A stretch of DNA of 64,000 nucleotides from Crocinitomicaceae bacterium (lineage in GTDB: Bacteria; Bacteroidota; Bacteroidia; Flavobacteriales_D; CAJJDF01): NCBI GenBank assembly GCA_024639505.1, contig JAHEIE010000119.1:6193-70192 (forward strand), given 5' to 3'. The translations under genes were made by a program, and so were the position numbers. Below the pieces are notes generated by a model that searched no databases, was not told where the DNA came from, and saw only the letters and a list, made by a program, of their open reading frames with translations. Shown here piece after piece: positions 28,686-39,200 of this stretch (positions are counted from its first letter, which is position 1; every line of letters begins with the position of its first letter).

Positions 28686-29231
28686 ATGAAGTTAATTACT
28701 ACCAAAATAAAAGATCTATTTATTATTGAACCAACAGTTTTTGGTGATGACCGAGGCTATTTTTTCGAGTCGTTTAATGCCGAAAAGTTCAATGAAGCGA
28801 TTGGCAGAGAGGTCAATTTTGTTCAAGACAATCAATCTATGTCTGGTGCTAATATCGTGAGAGGTTTGCATTTCCAGAATCCTCCATTTGCGCAAGGTAA
28901 ATTGGTGAGAGTGATAGAAGGTGAGGTGATAGATGTAGCTGTAGATATCAGAAAAGATTCACCTACTTATGGAGAGCATGTTTCGGTAAGATTGACAGGC
29001 GAAAACAAACGAATGTTTTGGATTCCAGAAGGATTTGCACATGGATTTTCGAGCCTGAAAGAAGGGACAATATTCAGTTATAAATGCACCAATTATTACA
29101 ACAAAGAATCGGAGGGAAGTATTGCTTGGAACGACAAAGATTTGGCGATAAACTGGGAGGTAGAAGCTTTGGTGATTTCAGAAAAAGACCAAGAAGCAAA
29201 CAAGTTTGAAGAATTAAAATCTAAATTTTAA
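28686..29231 (+). CDS. rfbC: dTDP-4-dehydrorhamnose 3,5-epimerase
   Basis: 'FGDDRGYFFESF', 'VQDNQSMSGANIVRGLHFQ', 'KLVRVIEGEVIDVAVDIR' and 'IPEGFAHGF'. The ATG at 28686 is used because the track start extends into the divergent promoter region. Confidence 0.9.
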   Translation: MKLITTKIKDLFIIEPTVFGDDRGYFFESFNAEKFNEAIGREVNFVQDNQSMSGANIVRGLHFQNPPFAQGKLVRVIEGEVIDVAVDIRKDSPTYGEHVSVRLTGENKRMFWIPEGFAHGFSSLKEGTIFSYKCTNYYNKESEGSIAWNDKDLAINWEVEALVISEKDQEANKFEELKSKF

Positions 29232-29234
29232 GCG

Positions 29235-30311
29235 ATGAGATATGTAATCATTCTATTGGTGTCTATATCTCTCCTAGTTCAGTGCGATGCGGAGAAAAAA
29301 AAGATGCATGAACTGGATGAGGTAGCGAGTAAGCTCTTGCCAGATTCTGTTCAAAAATACCAAGAGTACATCAATCAAAACTATCAGGTTTTTGCGATTC
29401 CATTGCCAAGTCATTTGACATTTGCTGGAGAAAGAGTTCCTCTTGACAATTTGTTTGTAAGAGAAAACTTAGACAAAGAAATCTTGGTTAACACGTATTG
29501 GCATTCCAATACATTTTTATACCAAAAACGAGCTACACGCTGGTTTCCTTTGATAGAAAAGACATTGAAAGAGAATAATATGCCTGAGGATTTGAAATAT
29601 TTAGCATTGATAGAAAGTGGATTGGATAATGTGGAGTCGCCTGCGGGCGCTGCAGGTTTTTGGCAATTTCTAGCTTCTACGGGTAGAGGTTACGATTTGG
29701 AAATAAACGAGTTTGTTGATGAAAGGTATAACCTGGAAAAAGCAACAAAAGCCGCTTGCGATTATTTGAAAGTGGCACACGAACAATTTGGCTCTTGGTC
29801 GCTTGCCGCGGCAAGTTACAACATGGGAAAAGGTGGACTTAATAATCAGCTTACGAAGCAAAAAGTGGATTCATATTACGAGTTGTACTTAAACAGAGAA
29901 ACATCGCGCTATGTGTATAGGATTTTGGCAGCTAAATTAATTCTGTCTAATTCAGAAAATTTTGGATTTTCGCTCAGAAACAAAGATTACTACAAGCCTT
30001 ATAGTACTTACACGATAAAAGTGGATTCTACGATTCATGATTTGGTGAAATTTGCTCTAGATCAAGAAAGTAACTACGCTACCATGAAATATTTAAATCC
30101 TTGGATAAGGAATGACCAATTGCCTAATTCAGCTCAAAAAGTGTACGAAATTAAATTCCCTAAAGGAGATTTTCATGTCGAAGATGTCAATGAAATGACT
30201 GATTCTAATGCCAATGAAATTGATAAGCTTTCCGATTCTATACCAAACAAATTAACAGATACATTGAATCTTTTGAAAAAAAGCGATACCAACAAAACCC
30301 AAATCAAGTAA
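29235..30311 (+). CDS. lytic murein transglycosylase (SLT domain) lipoprotein
   Basis: Lipobox 'SLLVQC'. SLT catalytic region 'LKYLALIESGLDNVESPAGAAGFWQF' and 'AASYNMGKGG'. Confidence 0.75.
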   Translation: MRYVIILLVSISLLVQCDAEKKKMHELDEVASKLLPDSVQKYQEYINQNYQVFAIPLPSHLTFAGERVPLDNLFVRENLDKEILVNTYWHSNTFLYQKRATRWFPLIEKTLKENNMPEDLKYLALIESGLDNVESPAGAAGFWQFLASTGRGYDLEINEFVDERYNLEKATKAACDYLKVAHEQFGSWSLAAASYNMGKGGLNNQLTKQKVDSYYELYLNRETSRYVYRILAAKLILSNSENFGFSLRNKDYYKPYSTYTIKVDSTIHDLVKFALDQESNYATMKYLNPWIRNDQLPNSAQKVYEIKFPKGDFHVEDVNEMTDSNANEIDKLSDSIPNKLTDTLNLLKKSDTNKTQIK

Positions 30312-33131
30312 ATGGAGAACCAAACAGAGTTTTTAGAAGTATATGGCGCAAGAGTTCATAATCTAAAAAACATAGATGTAAAGATACCAAGAGACAAGCT
30401 GGTTGTGATAACCGGATTGAGTGGAAGTGGAAAATCGTCTTTGGCTTTCGAAACCATTTATGCGGAGGGTCAAAGAAGATATATCGAGACATTTTCTTCC
30501 TACGCTAGACAGTTTCTTGGAAACATGGAACGACCAGATGTAGATAAAATTACAGGACTAAGCCCAGTGATATCTATAGAGCAAAAAACGGTAAATAAAA
30601 ACCCTCGATCTACAGTGGGTACCATCACAGAAATATACGATTTCTTGAGGTTGTTTTATTCCCGTGTGGCTGATGCTTACTCTTTTAATACAGGTGAAAA
30701 AATGGTGAAATATACCACCGACCAAATCATTGAAAGGATTATGGCAGAATATGATGGAAAGAAAATCATTATTCTATCGCCTTTGGTGAGAGGAAGGAAA
30801 GGTCATTACAAAGAGCTTTTTGTAAAAATAAAAAGGCAAGGTTTTATTCGTGCCAAAGTAGATGGAAAAATCATTGATTTGATTGAAGAAGTGAAGCTAG
30901 ATCGTTACAAAATGCACGACATTGATATTGTAGTAGATCGATTGGAGATAAATGCAGAGAATACGACACGATTAAAACAATCGCTCGAAACAGCCTTTAA
31001 GTTTGGAAAAGGAACATTGAGTATTCAAGATTTTGACTCAGGAGAATTGACTTTTTTTAGTAAATCCTTGATGTGCCCCACAACAGGAATTGCCTACGAA
31101 GAACCAGAGCCTAATTTCTTTTCGTTTAATTCGCCTTACGGGGCTTGCAACAGTTGCAGAGGATTAGGAACTGTGTTAGAAATTGATATCAAAAAAATAA
31201 TTCCGGATGACTCTTTGTCTGTCAAAAAAGGGGCTTTGGCTCCGCTAGGAAAATACAGCCAAAACTGGATTTTTAGGCAAGTAGAAGCTCTTTTGGATAT
31301 GGAAGGGCATACAGTAAATACTCCTTTGAAAGAGGTGGAAAACGATGTGATAAATGAAATTTTATACGGAACTAACAAGCAGTTCAAATTAAAAAATGCT
31401 TCGGGAATTCTTGAAACTTCTTCTGGATTTGAAGGAATTATCAATTTCATTTCTCGGTACCAAGACGGTTCTTCCAATTCCCTACAGAATTGGGCAAAAT
31501 CATTTATGAATAAAGTGAATTGTTCTACTTGTGAGGGTACGAGATTAAAAAAAGAGGCCTTGTTTTTTAAAATCGAAGATAAAAATATTTTTGATTTGGC
31601 CGATATGGATATCGAAATCTTGGTGGAATGGTTCCAAAATATTGAATCAAGATTATCTGAAACTCAACTTAAAGTAGGTTCGGAGATTATCAAAGAGATA
31701 CGAACTCGATTAGGGTTTTTGCTGGAAGTAGGACTTGGGTATTTAACAATAAATAGAAGTTCGGCCACCCTGAGTGGAGGAGAAGCTCAGCGAATAAGGC
31801 TTGCCACGCAAATTGGAACAGAATTGACGGGAGTGCTTTATATTTTAGATGAACCGAGTATTGGTCTTCACCAAAGAGACAATGATAGATTGATAAGTTC
31901 GCTTAAAAAACTGAGAGATATTGGGAATTCTGTGATTGTTGTGGAGCATGACAAAGACATCATGATGGAGTGCGATTATTTGATAGATATTGGTCCTGGT
32001 GCAGGAGTAAAAGGAGGTGAAATACTAGTGGCAACGGAACCAAGTAGATTGGATGAATTTTCGTCAAGCACGATCGATTATCTCAAAGAGACCAAAGAGA
32101 TTATTGTACCAAAAGAAAGAAGAAAGAACAAAGAAAAGTTCTTGACTTTGACAGGAGCGACAGGCAATAACCTGAAAGGAGTGGATTTAAAAATCCCTTT
32201 GGGAAATATGGTTGGAGTTACTGGAGTTTCTGGAAGTGGTAAGTCAAGCTTGATAAACCAAACGCTTTATCCAATTCTCAATGCTCATATTTATAATGGA
32301 GTAAAGAAACCATTGCCTTACAAAAAAATTACGGGGCTCGATCATATAGATAAAGTAATAGAAATTGACCAGTCGCCAATTGGCAGAACTCCAAGATCTA
32401 ATCCGGCTACCTATACGCAGGTGTTTGGAGAAATAAGAAGTTTGTTTGCAGAACTAAACGAAGCAAAAATAAGAGGATACAAGCCAGGAAGATTTTCATT
32501 TAATGTAAAAGGAGGAAGGTGCGAAGAGTGTCGAGGAGCAGGTGTACAAACCATAGAAATGAATTTCTTGCCAGACGTTCATGTTCAGTGCGATACTTGC
32601 AACGGAAAACGATACAACCGAGAAACTTTGGAAGTGAAGTACCGTGGGAAATCAATCAATGATGTGCTTTCTATGTCGATAGAGGAGGGAGTGAAATTTT
32701 TCGAGAAAATACCGAAAATTCATCGAAAATTAGAAACACTTTTGTCAGTTGGATTGGGGTATCTTACTTTGGGTCAGCCTTCTACAACCTTGAGTGGAGG
32801 AGAGGCACAACGAGTAAAATTGGCAACAGAATTATCTAAAAAAGATACGGGGAACACATTTTATATTTTGGACGAACCCACAACAGGACTTCACTTCGAA
32901 GACATTCAGTTGTTGCTTGATGTACTCAATAGATTGGTAGACAATGGAAATACAGTACTAGTGATAGAGCACAATATGGATGTGATAAAATCTGCGGATT
33001 ACTTAATTGATATTGGTCCAGAGGGTGGAAGCAAGGGAGGTGAATTGCTCTTCTCTGGAACGCCAGAAGAATTGTGCAAAGTAGAACGAAGCCACACCGG
33101 AAAATATTTGAAAAAGGAGCTGAAGCTTTAA
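30312..33131 (+). CDS. uvrA: excinuclease ABC subunit A
   Basis: '[25 protein letters not shown]', '[12 protein letters not shown]', a second '[10 protein letters not shown]' and the Zn modules '[17 protein letters not shown]'. 939 aa. Confidence 0.95.
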   Translation: MENQTEFLEVYGARVHNLKNIDVKIPRDKLVVITGLSGSGKSSLAFETIYAEGQRRYIETFSSYARQFLGNMERPDVDKITGLSPVISIEQKTVNKNPRSTVGTITEIYDFLRLFYSRVADAYSFNTGEKMVKYTTDQIIERIMAEYDGKKIIILSPLVRGRKGHYKELFVKIKRQGFIRAKVDGKIIDLIEEVKLDRYKMHDIDIVVDRLEINAENTTRLKQSLETAFKFGKGTLSIQDFDSGELTFFSKSLMCPTTGIAYEEPEPNFFSFNSPYGACNSCRGLGTVLEIDIKKIIPDDSLSVKKGALAPLGKYSQNWIFRQVEALLDMEGHTVNTPLKEVENDVINEILYGTNKQFKLKNASGILETSSGFEGIINFISRYQDGSSNSLQNWAKSFMNKVNCSTCEGTRLKKEALFFKIEDKNIFDLADMDIEILVEWFQNIESRLSETQLKVGSEIIKEIRTRLGFLLEVGLGYLTINRSSATLSGGEAQRIRLATQIGTELTGVLYILDEPSIGLHQRDNDRLISSLKKLRDIGNSVIVVEHDKDIMMECDYLIDIGPGAGVKGGEILVATEPSRLDEFSSSTIDYLKETKEIIVPKERRKNKEKFLTLTGATGNNLKGVDLKIPLGNMVGVTGVSGSGKSSLINQTLYPILNAHIYNGVKKPLPYKKITGLDHIDKVIEIDQSPIGRTPRSNPATYTQVFGEIRSLFAELNEAKIRGYKPGRFSFNVKGGRCEECRGAGVQTIEMNFLPDVHVQCDTCNGKRYNRETLEVKYRGKSINDVLSMSIEEGVKFFEKIPKIHRKLETLLSVGLGYLTLGQPSTTLSGGEAQRVKLATELSKKDTGNTFYILDEPTTGLHFEDIQLLLDVLNRLVDNGNTVLVIEHNMDVIKSADYLIDIGPEGGSKGGELLFSGTPEELCKVERSHTGKYLKKELKL

Positions 33132-33152
33132 GTTCGAAGTGAGAAGTTTAAA

Positions 33153-33188
33153 CAAAAAAATGCGATTCGTTAGAATCGCATTTTTTTT
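33153..33188. terminator. bidirectional rho-independent terminator (uvrA / aspS)
   Basis: 8-bp stem tgcgattc/gaatcgca with loop gtta, flanked by an A-run (33153-33160) and a T-run (33181-33188). It lies between convergent genes. Confidence 0.8.
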
Positions 33189-33282
33189 ATCATGTTTTTT
33201 CTTCATCTGTCATTTCTGAATCCGATTAGGAATCTTAAAATGAGAACATTTCAAATAATAGTTTGTTTTCTCTGCTCTATTT

Positions 33283-35040
33283 TTACTTCTCTAAAGAAAT
33301 ATCTAGTTTCAATCCCAGTTCATCCAACTGAGCATCATCTACATTTGCAGGAGCATCAATCATTACATCACGACCACTGTTGTTCTTTGGGAAAGCAATA
33401 TAATCTCTTATCGATTCGGAACCTCCAAAAATGGAACAAATTCTATCGAAACCGAAAGCAATACCTCCGTGAGGTGGTGCCCCGTATTCAAAAGCACTCA
33501 TCAAAAACCCAAATTGTGCTTCAGCTTCTTCTTTTGTAAATCCTAATAAATCAAACATTCTGGATTGAATGTCTCTGTCATGAATACGAATAGATCCCCC
33601 ACCAATTTCTACTCCGTTTATAACCAAATCGTAGGCATTGGCTCTTACTTTTCCTGGATCAGACTCTAGCAAATCAAAATCTTCTTTCTTTGGCGAAGTA
33701 AACGGGTGGTGCATGGCGTGAAATCTATTGCTATCTTCATCCCATTCCAACAAAGGGAAATCAAGAACCCACAAAGGAGCAAAAGTTTTGCCATCCCTCA
33801 GTTCCATCATAGTTCCCATGTGAAGCCTCAAGTCATTCATCTGCGATTGTGCTTTAATTGTATCGCCAGACAATAAAAAGATAAGGTCACCAGGCTTAGA
33901 ATCACAAGTAGAAACCCATTTTGCAAGCTCATCTTGGTTGTAGAATTTATCTACAGATGATTTTAATGTTCCATCTTCATTCACTCTGCAATAGATTAAT
34001 CCTTTTGCACCTACTTGTGGAGTTTTTACGTAATCTGTGATTTTGTCAATCTCTTTTCTGGTTAATTTATTTCCACCTTCTACGTTAATGGCGATAATCT
34101 CTTCAGCTTCATCAAATATTTTGAAATCTTTCCCTTTCACCAATTCGGTTAAGTATTTAAATTTCATATCAAAACGAATGTCTGGTTTGTCCGATCCATA
34201 ATTTTTCATGGCATCGACATAAGTCATTCTTTTTACATCGGGTAAGGTAACTTTCAGTACTTCCGAAAATAGATATTGAATCAATCCTTCGAATGTTTGT
34301 AAAATATCTTCCTGCTCCACAAAAGCCATTTCACAATCAATTTGTGTAAACTCAGGCTGCCTGTCGGCTCTTAAATCTTCGTCACGAAAACATTTAACAA
34401 TCTGAAAATACCTGTCGTAACCACTTACCATAAGCAATTGCTTAAAAGTTTGTGGCGACTGTGGCAAAGCATAAAACTGACCCTCGTTCATTCTACTAGG
34501 TACCACAAAATCTCTTGCTCCCTCCGGAGTTGATTTAATTAGGAATGGAGTTTCAATTTCCAAGAAATCAAGATTATTCATGTAATTTCTTGTTGCCAAT
34601 CCTATTTTATGTCTTAGCATCAAGTTTTCTTTCACAGGGTTCCGCCTTAAATCTAAGTACCTGTATTTCATTCTCAATTCATCTCCACCATCTGTTTTGT
34701 CTTCAATAGTAAACGGAGGAGTTTTCGATTCATTTAATACAATCAATTCGGTCACCTCTATTTCTATCTCCCCAGTAGCGATATTTTTGTTTTTGCTCGA
34801 TCGTTCTTTTACAGTACCTTTTATTTGAATCACAAATTCACGACCAAGTTTCCTTGCGCTATCACTCAAAGAAGAATTGATTTCTTCATTAAATGCCAAT
34901 TGAGTTATTCCATATCGGTCTCTCAAGTCTACGAATGTCATTCCTCCTAAATCTCTCGATTTTTGAACCCAGCCTGAAAGTGAAACTTCTTGATTTACAT
35001 GCTCGATTCTTAGTTCTCCGTTTGTATGTGATCTATACAT
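33283..35040 (-). CDS. aspS: aspartate--tRNA ligase
   Basis: '[12 protein letters not shown]', '[18 protein letters not shown]' (motif 2) and '[20 protein letters not shown]' (motif 3). 585 aa. Confidence 0.93.
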   Translation of the reverse strand: MYRSHTNGELRIEHVNQEVSLSGWVQKSRDLGGMTFVDLRDRYGITQLAFNEEINSSLSDSARKLGREFVIQIKGTVKERSSKNKNIATGEIEIEVTELIVLNESKTPPFTIEDKTDGGDELRMKYRYLDLRRNPVKENLMLRHKIGLATRNYMNNLDFLEIETPFLIKSTPEGARDFVVPSRMNEGQFYALPQSPQTFKQLLMVSGYDRYFQIVKCFRDEDLRADRQPEFTQIDCEMAFVEQEDILQTFEGLIQYLFSEVLKVTLPDVKRMTYVDAMKNYGSDKPDIRFDMKFKYLTELVKGKDFKIFDEAEEIIAINVEGGNKLTRKEIDKITDYVKTPQVGAKGLIYCRVNEDGTLKSSVDKFYNQDELAKWVSTCDSKPGDLIFLLSGDTIKAQSQMNDLRLHMGTMMELRDGKTFAPLWVLDFPLLEWDEDSNRFHAMHHPFTSPKKEDFDLLESDPGKVRANAYDLVINGVEIGGGSIRIHDRDIQSRMFDLLGFTKEEAEAQFGFLMSAFEYGAPPHGGIAFGFDRICSIFGGSESIRDYIAFPKNNSGRDVMIDAPANVDDAQLDELGLKLDISLEK

Positions 35041-35240
35041 TATATATAAAGGTATGTTTTGTTGAAATTTGGTTCAAAGTTAAAAATCAATTACTAATTA
35101 TGAATTGATATGTGGGATTAGTTTATGACAATCTTAATAATAGACCTACCCCAAAGAAATAGAATTTTTAAAGTTTCATCCCTATTCTTTATCTAGGTGG
35201 TATGGTTAGAATCAAATAATTATCAACTCCTCATTATCAA

Positions 35241-36017
35241 TCAAAGACAAGGAGTTCTACCTCCATCTACTGGGAGATTTATTCCATTAATATAACTAGC
35301 AAGAGGCGAGGCTAAAAAAGCGATTGCATTCGCAACTTCTTTAGGTTCTGCTATTCTATTCATAGGAACGATACTTTCCATTCCTTTTTTAATGTCAGCA
35401 ATAGATTGTCCAGTTTTCTTAGACTTTGCTTCAAAAATTTCATTCAACCTACCGGTATTTGTTGCACCTGGCAACACATTATTAACAGTAATGTTAAATT
35501 GTCCTAGCTCATTTGCCATAGTTTTAGCCCAGTTAGCAACAGCTCCTCTTATCGTGTTAGAAACTCCCAATCCATTCAATGGAGCCTTTACAGACGTGGA
35601 GATCACATTAATGATTCTACCATAAGGTCTGTTTTTCATGTTTGGCAAAACGGCTTGAGTTATTTTATGGTTGGCAATAAGATGTTGGTTGAAAGTATTA
35701 ATGAACTCCTCCGGATTGGCATTTGTAATTGGCCCTCCTGCAGGTCCTCCAGTATTGTTTAATAATATGTCAATGTTGTGTTTGTCTAAAGATTCACACA
35801 ATTTATCCAAAGAATCTGATTGGCTAAAATCGGCAATCAAATAATGATGTTGCTGATTTTTACTAGTATCAAGTAGTGAGATTGTTCTTTTTAATTTCTC
35901 TTCATTCCTTGAAATGAGAATAATTGAAGCTCCTAAATTACTCATAGCAATGGCAGAAGCCATTCCTATTCCACCTGTTCCTCCTGCTACTGCAGCTGTT
36001 TTCCCTGATAAATTCAT
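35241..36017 (-). CDS. SDR family oxidoreductase (FabG-like)
   Basis: 'GKTAAVAGGTGGIGMA' (TGxxxGxG), 'LLNNTGG' (NNAG-like) and 'NVLPGATNT'. Confidence 0.75.
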   Translation of the reverse strand: MNLSGKTAAVAGGTGGIGMASAIAMSNLGASIILISRNEEKLKRTISLLDTSKNQQHHYLIADFSQSDSLDKLCESLDKHNIDILLNNTGGPAGGPITNANPEEFINTFNQHLIANHKITQAVLPNMKNRPYGRIINVISTSVKAPLNGLGVSNTIRGAVANWAKTMANELGQFNITVNNVLPGATNTGRLNEIFEAKSKKTGQSIADIKKGMESIVPMNRIAEPKEVANAIAFLASPLASYINGINLPVDGGRTPCL

Positions 36018-36202
36018 TGTCTTTTTGTTTTTGTAAAGGTAAGGTGCTTGGCTCTAATAGAGAAATTATTTATTAATTTATGGTTCATGTTAATTTTTCA
36101 AGTTCGTTTGTTTTTTTTCTAACAATTATTGTGATAATATTTTGTTAAATGTTTTTCTTTTTATTAATTTCAGAATCTATACAATCAAAAAAAAACTATA
36201 AA

Positions 36203-39200
36203 ATGAAGAAAATTTACTCTATTTTGTCTTTACCCAGCGTTATAATTTTATTGCTTTTTAGCTTAAACCTAAATGCTCAGGATTATAGTACGAGACTGGT
36301 AAACCAATGTTTTACTACCTCCGTACAGACCATTTCATTTCCGGGGACCACTCCCAATGCAAATGGGTCTGGTACCTTTACTCTAATCTACTACAACGGA
36401 GATTTAGATGGTACAGGAACAAATCTTGAAAATATTGATATTACTGGTGAAACAGGACCTTCTTTAGGTAATTCTTTGCCAACAGGTCAATGTAATGCAG
36501 CGAGAGACTCCGTTTCCATCACAATCCCTATGGCAACCATAAACGCCTGGGCTGCAACCGGGGGAACAATTGATATTGATTTAACAACGACTTCAGCTGT
36601 AAACTTAACTCTTTGTGGAGCAAGTTTATGTGTTGATGCTTTTCTTACTTACCCTGTATCTACCGTACCAGATGATGCTGGTGCTTCATTAGTTACACCA
36701 ACTATTATTTGTCCAGGCTCTGATTCAGTGAGAGTAACAATTAACAATTATGGGACTAATCAAATAGATTCGGTAATGGTAAACTGGAGTAAAAACGGAA
36801 TACTTCAAACTCCAATTCATTTAAAAACTCTTTTGGACACTGCAACAGGAGTTGGGTCTTCTTCTGCAATTGTTAACCTTGGTATACATTCTTTCACCGC
36901 AGGTGTTACAGAAAATTTTTCAGTTTGGACTACCATGCCAAATGGTGTTGTGGATACAACAACAAACAATGATACAGTTGTTGCAAATATTAAACCTTCT
37001 TTGACAGGAGTTTATACTATTGGAGGAGTTTCACCAGATTACGCAACTTTTGCAGCAGCTTTAATAGATTTATATACAATTGGTGTTTGTGGTCCGATTA
37101 CATTTAATGTGAGGTCAGGAACCTACACTGAGCAAATTGATATGAATCCTGTTAACGGATCATCTGCAGTTAATACAATCACTTTTCAACAAGACCCTAC
37201 AAATACATCGCCTGTGGTTGTAACCCATGCAGCTATAGGTGCGGCCGATAATTATGTTGTTAGATTTTCTAATTCGCAATATGTTACATTTGATAGTTTA
37301 ACCATCACCGCTACAGGAGCAACTTACGGATACGCAATTGAATTTTTAACTGCCGATCATGTGACTGTTAAGAATTGTGAAATTAATGCAAGTGCAACAT
37401 CTACTAGCTCATTATCAATGCCAATTAGAAACACAAGTGGTGTTGGGGTTGAATATTGTACCATTGAGAATAATAAATTGAACAATGGATATTATGGTAT
37501 GTATTGGTATGGAGGAAATACTTCTTCCAAGGAAATAGGTAATGTTATTAGGGACAACGAAATTAAGAATTTCACTATTTATGGTATGATGTGTTACTAC
37601 CAAGCAGGTAATACAGTAGAGGGGAACTATATAGAGCAATCAACAAGTGCTACATCTACTTCGTATGGTTTATATGTGTATTACAATGACAGTGCAAAGA
37701 TTAGAGGCAATGAGGTTATATTGTATGGTTCAGGAACTAACTATGGTTTGTATTTAGCTTATAACTATGGTTCAGCAACGAATAAGACAGAGGTGATTAA
37801 CAACATGATTTCGACTTCGCCAACATCAACAGCAACAACTTATGGATTGTACTTGAATTATGGGAAACATATCAATGTTTACCATAACTCAGTGAATTGT
37901 AACGGAGGGAGTGTAACAGGTGGAAGAGCAGTTTACATTACTGGAAGTACTTCAACGACTTATGGAGAAATGGATGTACGAAACAATGTGTTTGTCAACA
38001 GTGCAACAGGAGTTGCCTTGTATGCCCTTACAGGCGCAACCTCAGGATTTTTAACCCACCTCGATCACAACATTTACCAATCCAATGGAACTAATTTATT
38101 GAGTTTGAGTGGTACAAACCACACCTTGGCAACCTGGACAACAGCAACAAGTTTAGATTCCAATAGTATAAATGCATTGCCAGGATTTGTGACATCAACC
38201 AACTTGCATTTACAAGGAGGGGTGGCAGCAGATGCAGGTGCAAACGTTGGTGTAATGACAGATATTGATGGGCAAGCAAGACCATTGTTGCCAAGTACAG
38301 GTTATGATATTGGAGCAGATGAATATATTCCTCCAACATGTCCTATGGGTTATGGGTTGAATGTATTTAATTTGACAGCAACAAGTGCTGATGTAACTTG
38401 GACTGCAGGGTCAAGTGATATTTCTTGGGTGTTTGAATACGGTGCGCCAGGATTTACACCAGGAACTGGAACTTCAATCTTTTCAGCTACTGATACCATT
38501 TCAATTCCTGGATTAACACCAGTAACAAACTATGATGTTTATGTTAGAGGGATTTGTGGAGCTGCAGATACATCGTTGTATTTTGGTCCAGTTACTTTCA
38601 AAACAAGATGTGTGTCATCGTTGTCAGGAATTTATACTATTAATAATACATTGCCGACAGCCGGAGTTAATTACAACTCTTTTGCTGATGCAATGAATGC
38701 CTTAAATAGTTGTGGTATTTCTGGAGCAACAATTTTCCATGTAAAACAAGGTACATACACGGAACAAGTGAATATTGGTACTATTATAGGAACTTCATCA
38801 ACAAGTACAATTACTTTCACAGCGGATCCAACAAATACAACACCTGCAATTTTAACTTATGCAGGAACTTCAACAACAGATAACTATGTAGTTCAATTTT
38901 CGGGAGCTGATAATATTATTTTTGATAGTTTAACGATTAACGCAACGGGGGCAACTTATGGTTATGGATTTAGATTTATGACAGCTGATAATTGTGTGGT
39001 TAGAAATTGTAATATTAACTGTTCTAATAATTCTAGTTCACAAGCCGTACCGGTTTATAATCAAGGTGCTGCAGCCAATTTAACACAGAACTGTACAATT
39101 GAAAACAATACAATTACGAAAGGTTATTATGGATTGTATTGGTATGGTGGTTCTACTGCTTTGAAGGAACTTGGTAACAAGGTTTTGAATAATAACATTT

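Noticed and set aside
28604-28705. Overlapping N-terminal extensions of the divergent S8 peptidase (to 28705) and rfbC (from 28644) ORFs
   Set aside because: Both extensions precede obvious native N-termini: the signal peptide MNKFLFLLVFF for the peptidase and MKLITTKIKDLFIIEP for RfbC. They would make the two genes overlap head-to-head. Internal ATGs were chosen instead.
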